This document shows, piece by piece, positions 53,939-64,000 of a stretch of 64,000 bases of DNA (position 1 is the stretch's first letter; each line of letters begins with the position of its first letter). The notes beneath the pieces are model-generated. The model was not told the origin of the DNA and did not search any database. It saw only the letters and a list, made by a program, of their open reading frames with translations. A program made the translations under genes and the position numbers. The DNA is from Ruditapes philippinarum (taxonomy: Eukaryota). The DNA is taken from positions 1 through 64,000 of the forward strand of contig NW_026853088.1 of the NCBI RefSeq assembly GCF_026571515.1, in the 5' to 3' direction.

Positions 53939-55319
53939 AAAACAACAACCGATTTTGCCAAAGGTCAAGAGTGATATGTAATATACAGGCTGAAAATACA
54001 ACTGATTTTAACAGCATTTTAACCGATGGTTTGGATCGCCAATCGGTTAATAATAAATTTTAAACCCTGAATATTATATTATAATTATAATCACAATGTT
54101 GACTATTAAAACAATTGTTCCTTATCTTTATCTTTTGTCTCCCTAAAAGGATCTATTAATAGAAATTGATCATGCAAACTATCCAGGCCATAGCTGATGT
54201 TTGAACCATGCACCGGTACAAGGCTTTATGCCAAGAGAGCATGCAATTTCTTTTGTCAAACCCCGAGACTAATATCGGTGATAATTCAAAATTGTGAATC
54301 ATAAGAAGTTTAACAAAGACACATTAACAAAGACTGCATATGACATAGTCTATCTTGTTACATAAACTTCTTGTACATTTATGGAGTATATAAATGGAAG
54401 CATTATTAAAGCTAAAAATATCGTGTCTTAAACTAAAACTGGTTATAATATGCATGATTGTACAAAAAACGGCTGTGAATAACGTCAGAGTATCACGTAA
54501 ATCTGCATCAATGTTAGAACTGCCCATTGTTTAATACAGATAAGAGTATTTATAATATATCATTAAGCATCAAGCCGAGTTAGATGGCAAAATTGTGTCC
54601 ACTTGTGTCACCAAGCTTTGTTATTTAATAGCTAGTAGCATATACATGCAGGCAAGCCATGATTCCTATACAATAACATTCTTCTTTAACCTGAGTTACC
54701 ACCATAAGTATCTTAAATGAACTTCACTTAACCCTTACCAACCTTAAGTTTCTCAAATAGACTTCTCTATCTTTCAATCTGGGCAAAACCGTTCAACATA
54801 CATGTATCTAGGGAAATTTTCAAAACATGTACTGACTGAATAGCAAACAGTACATGCAGACCATAATCAGTCAGCATGTAAGTGTTGACAGTCAAATTGC
54901 TCTTGGTCTGCACTGGAAGCATAGACAAATTCAGTTGCTGCTAATAGAGGTCTTCGATATAAGAGGTACAGACTGTAATAACAATTTTATCACACCTCAG
55001 AATTCAAGAGAATTAGTCTTAGAATTTTAAGTCTGCATTAAACAAAATGTGTTTAAAAATATTCCAATTTCTTGAGAGCTCTAGCATGCTGAAAAGAAAC
55101 ATTTTTGTGTTTAATCCTCTTAAATGATTTTAAATGATTTCAATGTAAGAATATTATTTATTAGGTGGCCAGCAGTACAGAAACTTGCTCAGATTGCATG
55201 GATGCCCCTGCATGAAACTGCAGCTGGTCCAGCTATCAATGCTGGCAGAAAAGGCAAATTATTCTTCTTTGCCAATGCCATTCAGGGGGCAACATACAAG
55301 AGCATTTACCTGTACCTAA

Positions 55320-57095
55320 CATTTCAATGTCAATAGATGCATTACCTAAAATATCAATGACAATAGCTGCATTACCTAAAATAGCAATGCCAATAGGTGC
55401 ATTACCTAGAATATCAATGACAATAGGAACATTACCTAAAATATCAATAACAATAGGTGCATTACCTAGAATATCAATGACAATAGGTGCATTACCTAAA
55501 ATATCAATAACAATAGGTGCATTACCTAGAATATCAATGACAATAGGTGCATTACCTAGAATATCAATGACACTAGCAATGACAATAGGTGCATTCCCTA
55601 GAATATCAATGACACTAGGTGCATTACCTGGAATATCAATGACAATAGGTGCATTACCTAGAATATCAATGACAATAGGTGCATTACCTAAAATATCAAT
55701 GACAATAGGTGCGTTACCTAAAATATCAATGACAATGGGTGCATTACCTAGAATATCAATGACAATAGGTGCATTACCTAAAATGTCAATGACAATAGGT
55801 GCATTACCTAGAATATCAATGACAATAGGTGCATTACCTAGAATATCAATGCCAATAAGAGCATTACCTAGAATATCAATGACAATAGGTGCATTACCTA
55901 GAATAATAATGACAATAGGTGCTTTACCTAGAATATCAATGACAATAGGTGCTTTACCTAGAATATCAATGACAATAGGTGCATTACCTAGAATATCAAT
56001 GACAATAGGTGCATTACCTAGAATATCAATGACAATAGGCGCTTTACCTAGAATATCAATGACAATAGGTGCTTTACCTAGAATATCAATGACAATAGGT
56101 GCATTACCTAAAATATCAATGCCAATAGGTGCATTACCTAGAATATCAATGACAATAGGAGCATTACCTAAAATATCAATGACAATAGGTGCATTACCTA
56201 GAATATCAATGACAATAGGTGCATTACCTAAAATATCAATAACAATAGGTGCATTACCTAGAATATCAATGACACTAGCAATGACAATAGGTGCATTACC
56301 TAGAATATCAATGACACTAGGTGCATTACCTGGTATATCAATGACAATAGGTGCATTACCTAGAATATCAATGACAATAGGTGCATTACCTAGAATATCA
56401 ATGACAATAGGTGTGTTACCTAAAATATCAATGACAATGGGTGCATTACCTAGAATATCAATGACAATAGGTGCATTACCTAGAATGTCAATGACAATAG
56501 GTGCATTACCTACAATATCAATGACAATAGGTGCATTACCTAGAATATCAATGCCAATAGGTGCATTACCTAGAATATCAATGACAATAGATGCATTACC
56601 TAGAATAATAATGACAATAGGTGCTTTACCTAGAATATCAATGACAATAGGTGCTTTACGTAGAATATCAATGACAATAGGTGCATTACCTAGAATATCA
56701 ATGACAATAGGTGCATTACCTAGAATATCAATGACAATAGGTGCTTTACCTAGAATATCAATGACAATAGGTGCTTTACCTAGAATATCAATGACAATAG
56801 GTGTGTTACCTAGAATATCAATGTCAATAGGTGCTTTACCTAGAATATCAATGACAATAGATGCATTACCTAGAATATCAATGACAATAGGTGCATTACC
56901 TAGAATATCAATGACAATAGGTGCATTACCTAGAATATCAATGCCAATAGGAGCATTACCTAGAATATCAATGACAATAGATGCATTACCTAGAATATCA
57001 ATGACAATAGGTGCATTACCTAGAATATCAATGCCAATAGGAGCATTACCTAGAATATCAATGCCAATAGGTGCTTTACCTAGAATATCAATGAC
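55320..57095. repeat. Minisatellite, 30-bp unit atcaatgacaataggtgcattacctagaat (continues, degenerate, at 57465-57844 and 58784-58825)
   Basis: Directly visible, ~59 units; the source of the 649-aa and 643-aa repetitive ORFs. Confidence 0.98.
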
Positions 57096-57464
57096 TAGTG
57101 TTGGGTATCGGACTCGAAAATCACTATCGATAATCGGAGACCACCAAAATCGATTGTCTGCAGATAGTATAATCGAGGTTCGCATTTATTATGGCCTTTT
57201 TTTCTTAAGGTACCAATCCTTGTATGTATTTTTTTCTGCAGTAGTGACCACATTTTGAGAATAAATAAACTCTTGTCTCCAAGATTAAAGTAAGATGTAC
57301 CTTTTGAATCCAAAACAAAAAACACAAATACCTAATACAACTTCGTGACAGGCAATTTTTGTATTATACAACTTTATCGATTTTTAAAAAGGACTATCGA
57401 TTGTCGCCGATTTTGAGGTGGTCCGATTAGTTATCGATTTTCAGAGACAATCGGGACAACACTA
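57096..57464. mobile_element. hAT-type MITE inserted in the 30-bp array
   Basis: TIRs tagtgttg...caacacta with further subterminal inverted similarity; 8-bp TSD tcaatgac at 57088-57095 and 57465-57472. Confidence 0.88.
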
Positions 57465-57844
57465 TCAATGACAATAGGTGCATTACCTAGAATATCAATG
57501 ACAATAGGTGCATTACCTAGAATATCAATGACAATAGGTCTGGTGCATTACCTTAAATATTAATGACATTAGGTGTATATTACCTAAAATATCAATGACA
57601 TGCAATACCTAAAACATTAATGACAGAATTGACAAGAGGTGCATTACCTAACACATCAATGACAAATTGACAATGGGTGCATTACTAAAAATACATGTAT
57701 CAATGACATTAGGTGCATTTCCTAAAATATCAATAACAAAAGGTGCATTACCTAAAATATCAATAACAATAGGTGCATTACCTAAAATATCAATAACAAT
57801 AGGTGCATTACCTAAAATATCAATTACCTAAAATATCAATAACA

Positions 57845-58783
57845 ACTAGAAATGTGTCCATAGGACACGGGTGCCCCCACCGCGCCACTGTTCTGTCAAT
57901 CTTTTTACTAAGTCAAGGGAAATAACTCTACAAATACTGGATAAATCCACAAGCGAAACCCCAGGTGCAAATCTAAATATGCTGAGCAACCTGCCCATAA
58001 GGTTTAATGACTATGTCAAATCCTTTTTTTCAGTAACTTGAGACACAAGTTGAAAATTGCAAAAATTTTCTAAGTGAAGGGCAATAACTCTAAAAATACT
58101 AAATAAATCCAGACGAAAATACCTGGTGCACAACTGCACATGCTGATCAATATTCCTGTAAAGTTACATGACTTTAGTCAAATACTTTTTGAGTTACGTG
58201 CGACACATGTTGAAAATTGCAAAATTTTACTAAGTCAAGGGCAATAACTATGAAAATACTAAAAATATCCAGACGAAAATACCAAGGTGCACAACTACAC
58301 ATGCTGATCAACATTCCTGTAAAGTTTCATGACTCTAGGTCAAATACTTTTTGAGTTACGTGCGACACAAGTTGAAAATTGCAAAATTTTACTAAGTCAA
58401 GGGCAATAATTCTTAAAATACTATAAATATCCAGACGAAAATACCCAGGTGCACAACTACACATGCTGATCAACATTCCTGTAAAGTTTCATGACTCTAG
58501 GTCATATACTTTTTGAGTTACGTGCGACACAAGTTGAAAATTGCAAAATTTTACTAAGTCAAGGGCAATAACTCTGAAAATACTAAAAATATCCAGACGA
58601 AAATACCCAGGTGCACAACTACACATGCTGATCAACATTCCTGTAAAGTTTCATGACTCTAGGTCAAATACTTTTTGAGTTACGTGCGACACAAAAGTGA
58701 ACGGACGGACGGAAGGACGGACGGAAGGACCGACGGACGGACAAGGGTAAATCTAAATGCCCGCCACTAACGTGGGGGCACAA
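57845..58783 (+). mobile_element. Second HINE-type element with 162-bp tandem core, inserted in the 30-bp array
   Basis: 5' palindrome gtgtcc-ata-ggacac; subterminal gtgcccccac inverted to 3' gtgggggcac; ~5 units with 162-bp period (58232, 58394, 58556); (GACG/GAAG)n tract; 3' hairpin. Confidence 0.9.
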
Positions 58784-61700
58784 AAGGTGCATTACCTAAA
58801 ATATCAATAACAATAGGTTCATTACACAATCTGACTTAAGTTCAGATCTACTTATTTCTTTTTAAAAGATACCACCGTATAAGTTTCGCCTTCTTTCTAA
58901 TTTGGATTTCCTGAGAAAGCTATTTACAATGCAATCAAACTGGTTTTTACATAGGCATTAGAAGAAGTATTAAAATACCCTTATCCGTAGAAGTTAAAAA
59001 AATTGTTGATTTTTGTTAGAAAAAAATGTTTTAAGTAATATTTAACAAATTAACTTCAAATAAAAGAGTCATTTTTAATAGGCAAGATTGTTTTGCCAGT
59101 TTACAACGTCATGTTTGTTCTCGAAATTGTGAAAATTACCTACTTAGTTTTGGTTTTTTCAAGGGTTAAAATTAGAAATCACATCATTTTCAAAATTATG
59201 AAAGCTCGCCTGTGATATGAGCATACAAGAAATTATTTTGTATTTGGTCACGGTTAGATCTAAAAGTTGAGCGTTATTTTGAGCTGATTTTAATTAGATT
59301 GGTTCATAAAATATCATGGAAAAAGATGTATTTATACTGGAGTAAAATAAATTCTGAATTTATTATGAAATTAAAGATTATATTCAAATCCAGTATAAGG
59401 ACACGCAGCTCTGATAACTAAAATTTGAATGTCGTTTGTAAAATGTTTACAGCATTTGAAGCGTTATGTAATGCCTCATTAATTCATGACTCAACAAGCA
59501 TTTAAGATCACAAATAATTTACTGTAAATCAAATTAAACTGCTACTTGAGATATCATTATGATATATTAAAGATAGGATATTTTCCTATATTAATTTACA
59601 CCTGGAGCTGGGCTTTATATATTTTTGCCAAAATGATATTTAAAAGTTGCACATTTTTCCTTGACTTGCGGAAAAGATCAGGAGTTTAATATTTTGTCCC
59701 ACTATTATCTTGCATTTTTGATTATATTTAAACCTTTTTCTCTCTTTTTTTTGTTTTAAATTTTAAATTTCATTTATGAAAGACTGTAGAGCAAACTTTA
59801 TATCAAAATCAGATACTTTATTCTATCTAACACATGTAGAATTGACCTTATGGTCATTAAATATATATAGTCAACATCTTATTTGTTTGAAATAAATATA
59901 ATTCTTAATATCTATACATTACATGTCCATATGATTATGTGATAAAATAGCATAAAACTATTTCTTCATAGGCTATTAGGCTTTTTATCTCAATTCATTC
60001 TACATAATTCTACATCTGAATATTACCATCTTTCAATCTGGGCAAAACCAATCAAATTTTTTTTTTTGTAAAAATTGCAAAATAAGTGCAGACTGAATGG
60101 TGAACAGTGAAGACACATGATGATGATGATGATCAAAAAGGTGTTTCAAATATTCCTTCTTTCCAGGGGACAAACCCATTGACGTTGGAATATATGTGGG
60201 GTTAAAAAACTTAATTCAAAATATTCCCCGCTATAATCCCTGCACTTAACCCTAGCTGCTGCAGTGGGACGGCCCAATGCCTTTCCTGCATAGCATTAGG
60301 ACTTTCCTCAACATACCACCAATAAAAAGACCAGTGAAATCACATTACATAATGTGTTGTACAAGGAAAAATTACAAATGTTTACAAACTTTACAGTAAA
60401 AAAAAAAAACATTTTTATTTCACAATGACCTTTGTTATTTAATTTAGCAAAGTCTGCCCTCAGGCTAGACAAACAGTATGATAATCGTGAAACATTCATG
60501 ATTAAAATAACACTTATTTTGTATTTTCTGTAAAAGTTCAGATCTGCATTATAATGCCAATCTTTATTTTCTATGATATAAGAAATTTCAAGTCACTGAA
60601 ATCTTTTCTTCTAATAAAAAACAACAAATCAATTATACAAACAAATAAAAAAAAACTGAAAACAGGCTAAAAAAACAGGTACATGACCTTGTTTCAGATA
60701 CTTAATCGTTTTTATTGATTAACACATCCACTCTTTTTTTTCTTGAAAATTGTGAGTTAAAGAAATCCATTAGTGTTGTTCCCGGAAAATAAGCATTATG
60801 TTACCAGGGCAAACATTTCCTTATTCTCACCATGTCAGTTTTATTCCTCCTCTGATCAATAAGAAAACTAACATATCTGGACAAACAGAATATATAATTA
60901 TCTTAACTGGCTTTAAACAATGGTGTAATAGATAATAAGACACCTACTTATGGAGCAAATTACCTAATCCCACCAACAGAAAATAGCAAACAATTTAACT
61001 TTTGGTAACAGGCCTGGGAAAGCTGCCTGGACAGTCATTGGTAAAAGCCCCTGCACAGTGCAAGTTGGAAATATCCCCTGAAGTTGATGTATAAACAAAA
61101 TTTTTTGCTAAGACATTGCAGTGGGGGTACAGAAAAGAATATATTGACCTTCAGGAGGGACAGTAATGGTTTTAGTGTTCACACAGTGTATATCTGTAAT
61201 GCTAGAATTGCAACAATAGTGACACTGAATAATTGCGATTTATCACCATTGGAAAGGTAAAAGAGTTAGCATCTATGGCTGCTAATGATTTTTTTTAACC
61301 CACATGACAAATATTTCCAGAAAATGTTTGTTTTTCAACTTATTCAAGAGAATGACATTAAACCTTGCAGCCATATGGAGGACATACAACTTTTATCATC
61401 ATAATGAAATATGTGATATTTATACTGTTTCATTTTACTGATATAATTATTTTACAGAAAAACAAACTTTTTCATTTATATTACACCTTCTTTCAAGACT
61501 TACAAACAATTGTGTTAAGCTTTGAATTTACTTTTTCTGAAAGACATGTAGTATTATATCAGTGTATTATGTCTTGTTATTCTCCCTTAATGGTTTCCTT
61601 GACATTAAATCAACTTGAGTGGAAACTTCCATTATTAAATTCTAAAATTCTATATCACAATGGAAACATATTCAAGGCTGCGGAAAGCAAAAATATTTAT

Positions 61701-63490
61701 CACAACTCCATCCCTATTCGAACCTTTAAATTTCATCAAAGACAATTAATGTGACAAAAATATTTCTCAATTTACAATGCAATATAAGTTTTTATCCTAA
61801 TTTTGCCGGTTAACCCAGCACAATATAGCCTACCCTAGAGGAGAAAATCATTTCAGGTTCTATCAATTTCCAACTTTTCATCTTCTGACATCCCTGATAA
61901 TAGATTGTTGAAACATCATAAAGCCTCACAATTAAGTCCATCATAAAAAGGTTGGGACATCTTTAAGTTCAACTACCAGCTGGCAATAATTTGGCAACAA
62001 TTTTCATATATGATTATGTTTGGAAATTTATCTGAATTGAAGAAAAATACATAAATCACATAGACATTCCTAATACAAGAGGTCTGTATTAGACCAGCCT
62101 CCACTTCATTCCCTAGATAAATTGAGAATAGGTTGATTCATTACATTATGACAATAATACATCATACCATAGATAGATATGAGCTTGAATTGATTCATTG
62201 TTACAATATTAAAACACAACATTCCTAGTAATCCTGAACAGACCCCCCCCCCCCTTCCCGCCCATTTCGCCCCCTCCCCTCACACATTTATATAATAATA
62301 TGTCATGAATTACAAGAAAAAACTTAAATTTATCTGGAGTAATGGACGGTCACCTTCATCTTGACCTTTGATACAATATATCTGCTAACAACATTTAAGT
62401 AATCACTGTGAGAAAGTATATAAAACACCCTGCAAGCATGTGATTGAAAATTTTCCAAATGTCATCATGTTATAGTAATGTTGCAACCTTGACTTTAACT
62501 CTACTGTGCTGTACATTTTCTCAGCCCTTTTTTCCCCCTTATTTTTTTACTTTTCAGGCAAATTGAAGCATTCCCAGTGCCTAAACATTTGGGTTTTTTT
62601 TTCCCCAAATTCAGAAGCATCAAATTCCCAATAAACAAGTCTGCATTTTCATTAACTAACAAATTGTTACAAAAAAATTTCTGTCAATAAAAAACTATTC
62701 CTTTATTCAAATAAGTTTTCTTTAGTTTCTATTGGTTACTGTAAAATTCCTATTTCTTTTTTTCCTTTTTCAAAAATACAGTACACAATAAAATATAAGA
62801 CAATCAACTGTCAAAATCATACATCAAATAATTTCTTCAGACAAAATGTTTAATCTAACAAACAGCACTGAGCAAATAGGACTGTCATAGATAAAAATTG
62901 TTGTATTGATATGTACATCAAGTATTAAAACAATGCAACAAACTATATAATCCAATCAAATGTGAAATGTATTAAATACAATGTAGAAAAGATCATAAAA
63001 AATATCATATCTAATATTGGATATGTTTGGTTTTTTTGGGTTGTTTTTTTTTTAAACAAGGTGTCAAAGTCCTCTTTGAATAAACAACATTACACAATAT
63101 AAGCAGTAAAGGCTGCTTACTTTGCACAGGCGAAAGAGAATTTTAATTAACAGCAAATAGAAGCAAAAATTCATGTTAATTTATATTAAGTTTACTTATT
63201 GCATAAATGAAAGATTATTAATTAAATTGATATGTTAAATTGCTAATCATAATCATATCTATACCAATGAGACCTGACAATACATTGATATTTTGACTTT
63301 CACTGACTGGACAATCTAAGAACATTTCCACCTTCTTTTGGAAAAAGTTATTGCTTTAATGAGGAAAAATTTATGTGGGATTCTGGGAAATTTTAGTAAT
63401 TAATTAAGTTAAAAAACTTTATGACTCTCAAGTTTTATTCATGTTAATTGTCATATCACCTGTAAACACTTCAACACAGTTCAATTTTTT

Positions 63491-63540
63491 TCAATAACCT
63501 GATGAAGGATATATCTTACCCGAAACCGGTAGTGATATTA
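63491..63540 (+). ncRNA. Putative minimal type I hammerhead ribozyme (Penelope-like element/retrozyme type), slightly decayed
   Basis: CTGATGA (63499-63505), extra A, stem II GG.TA/TA.CC, GAAA (63522-63525), palindromic ACCGGT stem III, GTA cleavage triplet (63529-63531), stem I ataac/gtgat with one mismatch. Confidence 0.6.
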
Positions 63541-64000
63541 AATATATAAACCGACCTGGTGTTTTTGATGTGTTGTTCCCCTCTCCCAATCTTTTAATCT
63601 AAAACTTGAAATAGTTTGATTTTTTTCCCCACTGTTTGGAGGATTTTAAAAATGAGAGGCTATTTTGTATTGGGAATAGGACCTGTAATATACCCTACAC
63701 GTATGTATACCTTACCTTCTTTAAATGAAGGGTATAATGATATTCATGCATTTAAATGAAATATTCCTCTCAGTCAGTCACTCTGACATACAGCATACTA
63801 AGTCTAAGTGAAATTCTTAAACATTTTTGGTTCAATATTACGCACCATGTTGAATGTCCATGTTGAATGTCCGTGCTGTTCATACAAAACATACTGCCAA
63901 ACCTTAACGAAAAAAGGCAACTTCTGTCAAATTCAGCATAATGGTTTAAAACTTGTAACTATTGTGTTACAGTACATGTATAATCTAAACAATACTCACT

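Noticed and set aside
55236-57258. 649-aa and 643-aa ORFs as annotated protein-coding genes
   Set aside because: Both are translations of a 30-bp minisatellite with ends in a MITE or flanking repeat. No splice or domain support, so they are kept only as a low-ranked finding.
18186-58825. Tandem arrays as CRISPR arrays
   Set aside because: Units are contiguous with no unique spacers, there are no cas genes, and the DNA is eukaryotic.
61365-61754. 129-aa plus-strand ORF and the other short 60-100-aa ORFs in the track
   Set aside because: Non-ATG starts or AT-driven F/I/K/L/Y composition with no motifs; expected by chance or derived from repeats.

Overview
AT-rich eukaryotic (animal) DNA, not prokaryotic. 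The repeat families look bivalve-mollusc-like, an inference from recalled repeat types rather than a search. The main feature is one spliced minus-strand gene encoding a divergent subfamily-1 nuclear receptor related to NR1C/D/E/F. Eight coding exons from 30160 down to 10857 join with GT-AG boundaries and consistent phases into about 620 aa: a C4 zinc-finger DBD, a long hinge with an LxxLL motif and a very Met-rich tract, and a complete LBD with helix 12. Its 5' exon(s) and promoter could not be located. A nearly complete but disrupted LINE (APE endonuclease + RT) lies at about 0.85-5.1 kb on the + strand. The rest is intronic or intergenic DNA holding tRNA-derived SINEs, palindromic MITEs, Helentron/HINE-type elements with ~162-165-bp satellite cores, and four large minisatellites (20, 26, 37 and 30 bp). 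The best leads are a Penelope-type minimal hammerhead ribozyme motif near 63.5 kb, the unusual receptor hinge and LBD, a 34-codon ORF joined in frame to the LINE ORF2 across a TAG, and nested insertions in a frame-preserving 30-bp array. No clearly new multi-gene system is supported.
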